64,000 nucleotides of DNA from positions 124,001-188,000 of the forward strand of contig OW569370.1 of NCBI GenBank assembly GCA_937625935.1, read 5' to 3'. Position numbers and translations under genes: made by a program. A model generated the notes under the pieces. The model had not been told where the DNA came from. It was given only the letters and a program-made list of their open reading frames with translations, and did no database searches. The stretch comes from Tetramitus jugosus (Eukaryota > Protista > Heterolobosea). Shown piece after piece: positions 13,507-22,975 of the stretch. Each line of letters starts with the position of its first letter. The first letter of the stretch is position 1.

Positions 13507-13891
13507 TTTCGTGACAGCTGCATGCTTGGACAAATCACGAAATATAAGCATAAATTCATTCACAGGTAGACGACTCATTCTTCTTTTTCAGTGCAGTTCT
13601 CTTGTTATCAGGCGAATCAATCATCTGACAGTGTCACAAACAAGAAGTTATTGTTCAAACTGCAAAGTTTTTCCGATAAAGATCCAATTCTTTTTCAGTC
13701 TAGTATTTTTCCGACTTTTTGTAAAGGCCACCTTCCGATACAGATCTGGTTGAGCCATGAATACATGTTATTAATAGGATGGATGATCGTTTTTCATTGG
13801 AATAAAAGCTGGCACACTTGATGGTTTTTCACTTGCTCACTCAATCAAAACAATTAAGAACCAAGTTGTACAGTACAATACATTTTAAACC

Positions 13892-14125
13892 ATGGTTGAA
13901 AAACGTCTCGATAAAACCACTGATCCATTGATTCAACCTGTTACCACAGGAGACATTATGGATGCTGCCGTCCACAGGGGGAACATCAAGAAGGATAAGA
14001 AGTCCAAGCAACACACATCCTTCAACATCAGAGTCGACACCTCCGATAGTCACCGTAATTACTATGACGGAATGGATCCACTCGCTGGCTTGAAGAAAAA
14101 GTATCGCCACTCCCTCAACTCATAA
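13892..14125 (+). CDS. Small hypothetical protein (77 aa)
   Basis: ATG in an A-rich context and protein-like composition. No recognised domain. Confidence 0.4.
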   Translation: MVEKRLDKTTDPLIQPVTTGDIMDAAVHRGNIKKDKKSKQHTSFNIRVDTSDSHRNYYDGMDPLAGLKKKYRHSLNS

Positions 14126-14373
14126 AACAGTTGATTCTCTTGGACAAGCTAGTTTCCACCTTGCGCTACCGGCGAAAGTGATGTCATCAAACAAATAAAC
14201 TTGTCCCATTTCTTGAGCTCAGATCTCCGGAGAAGCTTTCACCTTCCAAAAAACACCTCAAAAAAAAACAAAACACAAGTGTGGACCAACAACATACATT
14301 CCATCAATCACCATCACAATACCTCTCCACCCACACAAAGCCACACTTTCTCAATCAATCAATCACTACAGCA

Positions 14374-14922
14374 ATGTCACGTCTCATGAAAGAATACCGC
14401 GAGATTCAAAGCGCCGCAATGAAACACAAGAAAAAACAAAGTCTGAGCAGTAGTGGTGCATCTGATGCATCACTATCAGCAATTGAAGATCAACTATGGC
14501 TAAAACCAATCAGTGAAGACAACATGTTTCAATGGCACGCAAAGTTCATTGGACCTAGAGACACTCCCTATGCAAATGGTCAATTTGAATTGAAAATTTC
14601 AGTGACGCCACAGTATCCTCTCACTCCACCCAAGGCAATCTTTATCACCAAGATTTTTCATCCCAATGTTCATTTTAAAACTGGTGAAATTTGTTTGGAT
14701 ATTTTAAAGAGCTCTTGGAGTCCTGCTTGGACACTCTCGACTGTTTGTCGTGCCATTGTTTCTCTGCTTTCTCATCCTGAGCCAGATTCTCCGCTGAACT
14801 GTGACGCGGGAAATTTGTTGCGCTACGGTGATAAGCGGGGTTTTGATAGCTTGGCGCGAATGTACACGGCGTTGTATGCGACTGAGGAGCGAGTGCAGAA
14901 TGATTATCACTTTGATTTTTGA
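14374..14922 (+). CDS. PEX4: Peroxisomal E2 ubiquitin-conjugating enzyme
   Basis: FHPNVHFKTGEICLDILK active site. WSPAWTL...HPEPDSPLNCDAGNLLR..D.RGF.S.ARMYT is typical of the PEX4/UBC21 clade. Confidence 0.85.
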   Translation: MSRLMKEYREIQSAAMKHKKKQSLSSSGASDASLSAIEDQLWLKPISEDNMFQWHAKFIGPRDTPYANGQFELKISVTPQYPLTPPKAIFITKIFHPNVHFKTGEICLDILKSSWSPAWTLSTVCRAIVSLLSHPEPDSPLNCDAGNLLRYGDKRGFDSLARMYTALYATEERVQNDYHFDF

Positions 14923-15283
14923 AAAAGTGAGTGATGATAATGTTTTTTTATCATGTACAGCGAGAGAGAATGTGGAATATTTTTTTTGTTGTGCCTAGCA
15001 TGATGCTGGTGTCGTGCATGCAGGAACAACAAACACACATTTGTGTGAAAACAGCCACGACAACATTTATGTAAATATCATCAGTGAATGAATGAAGAAC
15101 ATCATTGTATTTTTCGATAATATTGTTTTATTCAAGTTAGAAGATGGGTTGCCTCGCACTTATTTTGAATATCTTATGGTTGTTGTGTCTCTTGCTCGCT
15201 GAATTTTCAGTTTAGCAATCATTGTCATCATTATTGTCATTGTCACTCCGTACTTTCTTTTGGTGCTATTCACCTTGTGGCTA

Positions 15284-16492
15284 TCACTCAGCAGAGACAT
15301 AGTCCTCTGGCACCCATCCTTCTTCCTTGTTTGATGCTAATTGTACGTAGCACCATCCATTGTTTTCAGGACCACTCTGTAGCACAGTGACCACTTGTTC
15401 AGCCTTGACTGTCAATTCCTTCATGTTCGTGTTCAACGATGATGGATCAGCCTCATAATCATACAGTACCTTTCTCTGGTTCACCTTGTTTTCACTAGTT
15501 GCACTACCACCACTGCTACTCTTATCGCTTGTTGTTGTTGCTGTTGCTGCTGTGGCTGTCAAAGGTGTTACCTTTGCTGGTGTGCTTGTCGTTGCAGTTG
15601 CACTACTCGTCTTATTTGCAACAGTTGAGGCACTAGCCGGAGGAACAATTGGCGTCACAAAATTCATTGGGAAAAATCCATTTCTATCATTCAAATCATC
15701 CGAATGAGCACTACCTCCAGTCTCCAACGCTTCATCATACACTCTACCGTACCACCATCCACTGGTATCCTTTTGAATCACTAGAATCGTATCATTCTTC
15801 TCAAAACCAATCTCACTCTCATCATTCTTCTTGTAAGTGAACAGAGCTTTGACAAAATCACGTCCACTACCACCACCACCACCACCACTACCAATACTAC
15901 CAATACTACCACCACTACTACCGTTGCCATCACTATTCATTTTTCTTCCAGTGACAACAATCGTTCTAGGAGCAGGTAAACTAGCATCACCACCACTATT
16001 GTCATTACTAGATGGTTCATTAGTCGTATTCGAGGTAGATGTAGTGTTATTAGTAGTAGTCGAAGTAGTTGTTGTTGTGTTGACAATGTTGGTATTCATG
16101 TGAAAGAATTGAAGCACTTCAGGGTGCTCATGCAGTTCATCATTGGTCAACACACTGTCCAACCACACTTGAAGATTAAATTTTCGTTTTTCAATTTTTT
16201 CCTCCTTTTTGTTGCCAAACATCATTTTTGGCGGGAAGGACGCCATAGATTTTTGAGCGGCGGAAGAAGCATTTTTCAACAAACTTTTTTGCAGTTTGTG
16301 AAAATCATTGTATCGTTTGAGAACAGTGAATTCTACGCCAGTGTCCCTGTGTTTGCACTGAATGTGATAGGCGACAAATGTTCCCTTGTCACCCAAATTG
16401 GCAGTAGTCGTAGTACTAGTAGTAGAATCATGAGTAGAGGGAGCATCAGTGTCCTTTTCGACAGAATAGGAGACTATGGTTGCTTGAAACAT
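15284..16492 (-). CDS. PX domain + two SH3 domains adaptor
   Basis: PX motifs VLKRYNDFHKL, FPPK and KRKFNLQVWL. SH3 motifs VKALFTY...GWWYG...GFFPMNFV and VLYDY...GWCY...GWVPEDYV. Confidence 0.9.
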   Translation of the reverse strand: MFQATIVSYSVEKDTDAPSTHDSTTSTTTTANLGDKGTFVAYHIQCKHRDTGVEFTVLKRYNDFHKLQKSLLKNASSAAQKSMASFPPKMMFGNKKEEKIEKRKFNLQVWLDSVLTNDELHEHPEVLQFFHMNTNIVNTTTTTSTTTNNTTSTSNTTNEPSSNDNSGGDASLPAPRTIVVTGRKMNSDGNGSSGGSIGSIGSGGGGGGSGRDFVKALFTYKKNDESEIGFEKNDTILVIQKDTSGWWYGRVYDEALETGGSAHSDDLNDRNGFFPMNFVTPIVPPASASTVANKTSSATATTSTPAKVTPLTATAATATTTSDKSSSGGSATSENKVNQRKVLYDYEADPSSLNTNMKELTVKAEQVVTVLQSGPENNGWCYVQLASNKEEGWVPEDYVSAE

Positions 16493-16918
16493 GACGATGA
16501 TGACGATTTTGCTGGTTGGTTTTTTTTTATTCTGCGTGTGTGCTTTTTTCTGAATTGGTGTGTTGATGTTGATGAGGATTGCGTGAAGGATTTTTTTCGC
16601 GCTCCAGCAGAACTTCGGACTTCGGTCCAACCCAACAGTAAGTGAAAACCCATTCATCTTGGTATCTGGTTCCATGATGAGTTTTGGCTTTTATCCGCTG
16701 CATCAAATGCAAAAACCTCAAGTCATAACATGTCATGCTGTAAACAAACATTAAGAGTCAAATACACTTCCGCTCGATGATTCAGTGTTGCTCCGCTTTG
16801 AGTAAAGCCAGTTCCATGTGTCCCAGAACAAAGAAATGATTCTCGGGAACAGAAATCCACAGCAAAAAACCAACAAGAACCAGTAATTTAGTCACCACAC
16901 AACTAACAGGATAAAACA

Positions 16919-17818
16919 ATGGGGTTACGACCGGAGATTTTTGGCATTTCACTCAAGGACTTTTTAGCAAGCAGAAGTTTCGTCAAAGGCACAGAAGAGT
17001 ACGAGCAATTCATGGCTCAATTGAATCAGCACATTGACTCGGCAAAGAGGTCAATACAAGGAGAACGTTCGAGCCAGGCTTCTCCTCCAAGTGATTCAAT
17101 GTGGTCGTGGGGTGGTGAGGTAAAGGAAGCAAGTGAGGATCTAAAGAGAATGATGCAAGAACACTTGGAGAGTAGAACGAAAGTTTTTGATGACATTAGA
17201 GACACCATTGTGAATGAGTGGTTCGATGAAAATAAGGATAAGAAGACCAAGAAGGAAGAAAAAGAAGAAGCTGAGGAACAAGAGCAAGAGGACAAGGAAG
17301 AAAAGGGTGACGATGAAGAAGTAGGTGAAGGTGGTGGACATGACAAGATAGAGAATGAGAATCATATTCAGGCTGTGATCCGCTTATTTGTCTTGTATGG
17401 AGAGAAGAATAGAGAAAAGTTTGGCACAGAGATTGTTAGTGTGGCTTCCAATTTTTGGAATCGTGGTGGTCTCTTTGATGAAGTTGCGGAATACTTTGGA
17501 GATCTCTTGTCAGAGGGAGCCCTCACAAGCTTAAACCAGATTTACAGGGGTCGTTGCTTATTCAGAGAGGGTGGACAACAAGATATCGAATGGTCTCATT
17601 ATTCATTCCTGTCCAATGAGGAGCTCACTGTGCTGAACAAGGAGTTGAAGTCATTGTACGATGAGTACAAGCAGAGAAAAGACTCGGAACCCAAGAAGAA
17701 GAAGCAAAAGAGAGTCAAGGTCTTACCAGAGAGTGTAGAGCAGTTTATTCAAGAGTGTCTTGTTTGGTTCTCTGATATTTTGAAGAAGGATCTAGATTTC
17801 TTCATGTATACCATGTAG
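16919..17818 (+). CDS. Hypothetical protein with acidic insert
   Basis: 299-aa ORF with an A-rich ATG context. No confident family. Confidence 0.7.
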   Translation: MGLRPEIFGISLKDFLASRSFVKGTEEYEQFMAQLNQHIDSAKRSIQGERSSQASPPSDSMWSWGGEVKEASEDLKRMMQEHLESRTKVFDDIRDTIVNEWFDENKDKKTKKEEKEEAEEQEQEDKEEKGDDEEVGEGGGHDKIENENHIQAVIRLFVLYGEKNREKFGTEIVSVASNFWNRGGLFDEVAEYFGDLLSEGALTSLNQIYRGRCLFREGGQQDIEWSHYSFLSNEELTVLNKELKSLYDEYKQRKDSEPKKKKQKRVKVLPESVEQFIQECLVWFSDILKKDLDFFMYTM

Positions 17819-17900
17819 TGTTGTAAAAGAGATGAGTGATTCGATTGGATGTCCCTCGAAATCCAATCTTCAGCCAAGATGGCCAATTTTTATCATTCCG

Positions 17901-18256
17901 TTTTGTTTTTTTTAATACAACCATTTTGGTTGCTCATTTTATTGCCTGTTGTTCAGCCATCGCTCGCAGAACGTAATTCCTGTTGGTAAAGGAAAGTCGT
18001 GAGTTACCTCCGTTTTACCTCAACACCCATCATTCCCATCAGAAACTCCCGGCTGGTTCTTCTCAACGATCTTTTGGGTGGACTCCTCAGCTCATCACCT
18101 ACCGACATAGCCAGTCTTCTTCTAGTCAATGGCTCTTGGACAGCGAATGAGACAATGTAGAATAATCTCTGACCTTGTTGCATCTTTCACACTGTTGGTT
18201 CTTCATTTTTTCCATACAGTAGCCTCATGACTTCTCTCGAGAAGCGAACTTCAAGA
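17901..18256 (-). pseudogene. Decayed, 5'-truncated remnant of a related non-LTR retrotransposon (ORF2 C-terminus, 3' UTR, eroded poly-A)
   Basis: The minus strand reads RSLRRTSREFLMGMMGVE versus RSRKTSREYLSGMMGIE in the intact ORF2. A frameshifted CERC...HCLIRC zinc knuckle is present. The 3' terminus (plus strand) T8-AATACAAC..GTTGCTCATTTTATTG matches the intact T18-ATACAAC..GTTGCTCACTTTATTG. Confidence 0.8.
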
Positions 18257-18273
18257 TGCCTCGAAATATGAGC
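18257..18273. repeat. Target-site duplication, left copy (TGCCTCGAAATATGAGC)
   Basis: Identical to 22928-22944 and abuts the poly-T (element poly-A). Confidence 0.95.
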
Positions 18274-18409
18274 TTTTTTTTTTTTTTTTTTATACAACAC
18301 GTAGTTGCTCACTTTATTGTGTATCATTCTTTCAAATAGTTTCTCTCATTCTCACTGTGCCGCTCGAAGAGCGGCACTTATCTTTCCTTTCAGTAACGCT
18401 CGGAGAGCG

Positions 18410-21400
18410 TTACTGCTGTTTGTAGTCTTTTGATTGCTGGTAGAGTTTGTGCAAAGTAACGATGCAGCGACTCTTTACCCAACTGACAAAGCTTCGTGCC
18501 TTGCGATGGGCTAGTTCTAACTTCATTCCATTCTTCACCAATGCATCGATAACTTCGTCAAGAGCTTCACTCTCAATGCCCATCATTCCCGAGAGGTACT
18601 CCCGACTGGTCTTCCGGGATCTCGGGAAAAGTACCCCGTTTCTGAACACCACCTTGTCAAACCAAAGATTCACAGTCGATCCTCGATGCAATGGGAGTTT
18701 ATACAAATTATCCTTACTCATACATTCTGGCATTGCCTTGACAGTGAGCATCAACTCCTGATAAGTCTTTAGGCTGAATCCTCTTCCAATCTCAGTTTTT
18801 AGTGCCTCGAAACTTCTAACTTCGCCATCTTGCAGTAGTTGTTGCTTCTGATAGAGTCCAGCTCTGCTCAGTAACCTCAATTGTCGTGTTGTTAGGTAAT
18901 TTGACAAATTACACCCCTCGCAACGACTATGAGAGTCGTCAGTGATGATAATTCCTCTCTTGTGCAATCTAACAGCACACCATTTCATAAAGGAGTGTTT
19001 GACGCAGTTGATTCTGTGGTCCGATTGGAAGACGTTCTCCAATTGGAACGTGTATTGTTGCTTGATATACTCAAGTGAGTCGTACCACAGAATCCTAGCA
19101 TCCTCATCTCTCTTCCCTCTCATCATAGCCTTCACAAACAATGCAGTGCGAATGGTCACTGCTTCAGAGAAGTTCTCAAGACCGATAGAACCCCATTCTG
19201 GGCCTACATAGAGTAACTCACTGGGGTATCGCTTCATTGCGACTGATTCGTGCTTCACAAGTCGCTTTCCTATGCTCGAAACCTCATCAAGTTGTTTCTT
19301 AGTCCACTTGGTGAACTCACATGCATATAGGAAGATGGGGTGGATGCACGCATTTACGATGCGTGCGACTTGTCTCGCACCCAGGTTCATGATTTTGAGT
19401 CGCTCAAAGACTCTCTTCGCTTTGGTCATGGCCTGACTTACCTGCTGTTCTGTCTTACCATTTAGGTTGAGGAAAAGACCTAACGCACGGAAATGCGCCT
19501 CGGGTCCTTTTGCTGGGACTCTCGTGTTGGCGACAACAATGTCGTGATCTTCGATTCGCTCTCCGGGCAGTCTCACGTAAAGTTCCAGTTTCTTGGGGTG
19601 CATCTGCATCTTCAAACTAGACAGGACACTGTTCATGTCGCTGGCTATTCTTTCAACATCCTCTTTTGATTCAGCAACAATGTTGCAGTCGTCGACGTAA
19701 GCGATGTTCCAGATGTTTTGGGACATTGCTTGATAACCAGCGGCCCGTTGAGATGCAAACATCAATATTGTTTGATGCACCAACACATACGTGGTGGGAG
19801 ACAGTGAATCCCCCTGTCTTGTACCTTTGTTGATGAGGAAGGGCCTTGAAAGTTGTCCTGCGAGTACCTGTGCCTTATTTCCAGTGACCATATCGTTTAC
19901 CAGTGTCACGATGTTCGGTGGATAACCAAAGAACTCGTAGACTGTTTTGATAGCGTTGTGAGGGACGGAATCAAACGCCTTGGTGATATCAGTAAGAAGC
20001 AGATACAGTTGTTTCTTCCTCCTATTCGCATCGTCGATGATCCCCCTGATGATTGAGAGCTTCTCTCTGATATCTCTCATACATCTTCCACCACCCTGTG
20101 TTTCTGTAAACACTTCACATTTCTCTGCTGCTTGCGAGACCCTCTTGTTGAGCAGTCTCGTGTACACCTTTGACAGTGAACTCAGCAGGCAAATAGGTCT
20201 GTAGTTATCCAGATTTCTGTGATCTCCCTTTTTGTAGGCAGGTATAATGATGCTTTGCTTCCACGCTTCGGGAAATCTGCCAGTGCTCGTTATGCTATTG
20301 AAGAAGCAGGAGAGGATCTCAGATAGTTCCCTTCGGTAGTTCCTGTTCTTGATGATCGGTAGTTTCAGCATTTCGTTTTTTACACTGTCCACTCCTGGGG
20401 TCTTGTTGTTCCTGAGCCAGCCCAGGGCTTCATTCACCTCTTCGACAGTCATAGGGGTGAAAGCTTCTCTCATCTCCCTATCCTTCCTGTTGAACTTCAA
20501 TGATGAGAGGTAGGACATATCTGCTGTTTCCGTTTTAAACGCACTTTCGAAGTGCAGTGCTGCTTTCTCCGAGACCACTTCTGGATCATGCGTGGTACCA
20601 AAATCTCCACAGTGCGAGGTGAACCTAACTCTTTTCGATTTCTTCGCAGTTGACGAGGCGAAGAACATTCCAGGACTAATTTGTTCGGAAGTTCTTGCTC
20701 TCCATCGCCATTTTTGAAACTGTCTGCTACTTGTCTTTCTTCTCTCCATGTGCACACGCTTGTCTACTTCCTTAAGAGCAGATAGAGTTGCCATCAAATT
20801 GTCATCATAACTTTGCCCGTATTTAAGACGTATGTGAGCACCCTTTGCATGTTCTCCCACCCCATCAGTTAAATCCTTGATCAGCACCTTTCTGTGTTGC
20901 AAAAGTCTTCTGATTCTTCGATTCTCTCTGACGATGGTTTTGTCTTGGGTGGTTTTGAAGCATTCCGAATGCCGAATAATTGCAGCAGTGATAATACCAC
21001 ATTGAACATTGACATCTGCAAGGCTTGTGACCCGTCTGTCTTTCAACTCCGACAGTAGACCTTCCGCATACTTGATCCACCTCGGGTCCTCTTTGTTTGC
21101 CGGGAAGCGATGACACTGAACTGTGGGTGTGTTCTTATTTTGTATGGTGTTGTCTGTTGTCAATCTGACTTCAATTGGCAGATGGTCGCTGCTGATACCA
21201 TTTTGGGTATAGACTCCCATGCATTCTATATCACTGATCGCCAGTCGGTTGCACCACACCGAGTCGAGTCTGGATGAGCCTTGACCCCTGAAGAATGTGT
21301 GGAACTTTGTCAAGCCTAGCACTTCCTGTACATCAAGCAAACCGCTTGACTTAGTGGTTGCCTCGAACAACTTTGAATTGGGGTCCAGCTTACCAGACGT

Positions 21401-21844
21401 TCTGTCCTCTATATTGAGTACTGAATTGTGGTCGCCGCCAACAATGAGTTTTCCCTCGACACTACATGTTCCAAGGATCTGTGTCAGCATTTCATAGTGC
21501 TCTTCGTCTCTTACATGAGGACCATAATGATTGACGAATGTGTACTTGCTCGTCCCCTTGCTCACGTTCACTGCCTGTATCCTGTCACTCGAATGAACCA
21601 ATCCATAACAGTCAACTGATGTCACTCTAACTATTGTAGCAAGATATTTACTGGGAGTCTCACTGATCATAGTGTAGTTTATCCTTGACAACATTCTGTT
21701 GGCCTTGGTGCTGAACTGTTCGTCCATGTTGTGCGCTTCTTGTATCATTAAAATGTCTATGTTGTCTGTTTGAAGAATATTTAGGATGTCACGGAACTTC
21801 CCCTTGATTCCGTTGACATTGTACCATACCACTCGGAGACTCAT
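18410..21844 (-). CDS. Retrotransposon ORF2: AP endonuclease + reverse transcriptase (1144 aa)
   Basis: APE motifs WYNVNG, IQEAH, GGDHN, SRLD and SDHLPI. RT motifs KTPGVD, YKKGD..NYRPICLL, DITKAFDSV, GTRQGDSLSP and YVDD. Confidence 0.97.
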   Translation of the reverse strand: MSLRVVWYNVNGIKGKFRDILNILQTDNIDILMIQEAHNMDEQFSTKANRMLSRINYTMISETPSKYLATIVRVTSVDCYGLVHSSDRIQAVNVSKGTSKYTFVNHYGPHVRDEEHYEMLTQILGTCSVEGKLIVGGDHNSVLNIEDRTSGKLDPNSKLFEATTKSSGLLDVQEVLGLTKFHTFFRGQGSSRLDSVWCNRLAISDIECMGVYTQNGISSDHLPIEVRLTTDNTIQNKNTPTVQCHRFPANKEDPRWIKYAEGLLSELKDRRVTSLADVNVQCGIITAAIIRHSECFKTTQDKTIVRENRRIRRLLQHRKVLIKDLTDGVGEHAKGAHIRLKYGQSYDDNLMATLSALKEVDKRVHMERRKTSSRQFQKWRWRARTSEQISPGMFFASSTAKKSKRVRFTSHCGDFGTTHDPEVVSEKAALHFESAFKTETADMSYLSSLKFNRKDREMREAFTPMTVEEVNEALGWLRNNKTPGVDSVKNEMLKLPIIKNRNYRRELSEILSCFFNSITSTGRFPEAWKQSIIIPAYKKGDHRNLDNYRPICLLSSLSKVYTRLLNKRVSQAAEKCEVFTETQGGGRCMRDIREKLSIIRGIIDDANRRKKQLYLLLTDITKAFDSVPHNAIKTVYEFFGYPPNIVTLVNDMVTGNKAQVLAGQLSRPFLINKGTRQGDSLSPTTYVLVHQTILMFASQRAAGYQAMSQNIWNIAYVDDCNIVAESKEDVERIASDMNSVLSSLKMQMHPKKLELYVRLPGERIEDHDIVVANTRVPAKGPEAHFRALGLFLNLNGKTEQQVSQAMTKAKRVFERLKIMNLGARQVARIVNACIHPIFLYACEFTKWTKKQLDEVSSIGKRLVKHESVAMKRYPSELLYVGPEWGSIGLENFSEAVTIRTALFVKAMMRGKRDEDARILWYDSLEYIKQQYTFQLENVFQSDHRINCVKHSFMKWCAVRLHKRGIIITDDSHSRCEGCNLSNYLTTRQLRLLSRAGLYQKQQLLQDGEVRSFEALKTEIGRGFSLKTYQELMLTVKAMPECMSKDNLYKLPLHRGSTVNLWFDKVVFRNGVLFPRSRKTSREYLSGMMGIESEALDEVIDALVKNGMKLELAHRKARSFVSWVKSRCIVTLHKLYQQSKDYKQQ

Positions 21845-22923
21845 AAGGACGAATCATCATCCACCATAGTTGTCTCTTGAGATTCCATTCTTGGAGTCAC
21901 TTCAGCAACTTTTCTCACACTAGCCAATCTGGGAGGTGTCTTTCTTGTTTTCTTGATAGTGTATCTTGAGAGCCAATCAGATCTTGCTAATCGTTTACCG
22001 TTGTTGTTTTTAGGTGTCAGGGCTTCCTTTTCAATTGTACTCTTCACAACGTTGGTGATGAATCTCTCTGCCTCCGGGCTGAGTCCGCTCTGGGTTGCAC
22101 CAACTCTTTGTTTTTCCCTAGTTGGTGTGGAAGGTTCCGCGTCATTGCTTAAATCCATGGTTGATTCTTGCATTCCTCTGTGCATTACCACTGTTTCTCT
22201 TTGTTCTTGCTTATCAAGCTCATTTTTACTTGCACCACGCTTGCCTTTCTTGTGTCTATCACTGGATAGTTCCTTAATTGTTTTTTCTAGTGTTTCGACT
22301 TTCTTCATTAGGCTTCCGATCATTTCCATGAGTTCTTCTTTCATCTTGTACATTCTCTTTCTGTTGACCTTTTGCGTGTCAATAGGTCTTTCTTGATACT
22401 TGCTGACAAATCCATTCTTTTTATCCATTGTCTCCATGACAGCTTGAGCGTACGATGATGACTGCATCGTAACAAACGCAGTGCTTCCACTGATATCAAC
22501 ATGTTTAACCTTCTCTTCTCCTATCATTGATTTGATATCCTTCTCTGACTTTCCATTCACATTATGTACCACCAGCTTCTTGTCGTTATCGATTCCTCTT
22601 TTCACTGTTGCTTTCATATTCGGCCCACCTTCTTTGTTGAACATTTCAACAAATTCATACAAGTTATCATCTTTGACATTTGCCCAAGCGATAAATCTCT
22701 CCTTGTCCCTCTTGATGACTTGCACTCTCATCAGCCATCCTTCGAACTTCATTCCAATTGCCTTCGCGATTGTACTGGCTGTCCTTTCTCTCTCAGACCC
22801 TCTAATAATCACCTCTTTCTCATTCATTGTGCCTCTGGGCATTTTTGTCCAGACAGAGTAACCGTCCTTGGTATACTCTCTCACCTCCTGAGAGGATGGA
22901 ATTGTTTGCGTTTTTTCTGGCAT
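21841..22923 (-). CDS. Retrotransposon ORF1: RRM-type nucleic-acid binding + coiled coil (360 aa)
   Basis: KLVVHNV...STAFVTM are RNP2/RNP1-like, followed by a heptad region. The first ATG inside the TSD-bounded element is at 22923; the track start at 22956 lies in flanking DNA. The stop overlaps the ORF2 start (ATGA). Confidence 0.85.
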   Translation of the reverse strand: MPEKTQTIPSSQEVREYTKDGYSVWTKMPRGTMNEKEVIIRGSERERTASTIAKAIGMKFEGWLMRVQVIKRDKERFIAWANVKDDNLYEFVEMFNKEGGPNMKATVKRGIDNDKKLVVHNVNGKSEKDIKSMIGEEKVKHVDISGSTAFVTMQSSSYAQAVMETMDKKNGFVSKYQERPIDTQKVNRKRMYKMKEELMEMIGSLMKKVETLEKTIKELSSDRHKKGKRGASKNELDKQEQRETVVMHRGMQESTMDLSNDAEPSTPTREKQRVGATQSGLSPEAERFITNVVKSTIEKEALTPKNNNGKRLARSDWLSRYTIKKTRKTPPRLASVRKVAEVTPRMESQETTMVDDDSSL

Positions 22924-22927
22924 TTTT

Positions 22928-22944
22928 TGCCTCGAAATATGAGC
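22928..22944. repeat. Target-site duplication, right copy (TGCCTCGAAATATGAGC)
   Basis: Identical to 18257-18273. Confidence 0.95.
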
Positions 22945-22975
22945 GGTTGTTTCCATTTCGGTGCCCGATCATCAT

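Larger units (their letters stand above)
18274..22927 (-). mobile_element. Intact APE-type non-LTR retrotransposon (LINE), 4654 bp, inserted 48 bp upstream of tRNA-Asn
   Basis: Two intact ORFs, AATAAA at 18313-18318 (minus), A18 tail at 18274-18291 and a 17-bp TSD on both sides. Confidence 0.95.

Noticed and set aside
22924-22956. ORF-track N-terminal extension of ORF1 (METTAHISRQK)
   Set aside because: It runs through the TSD into host flank, so it is not element-encoded.
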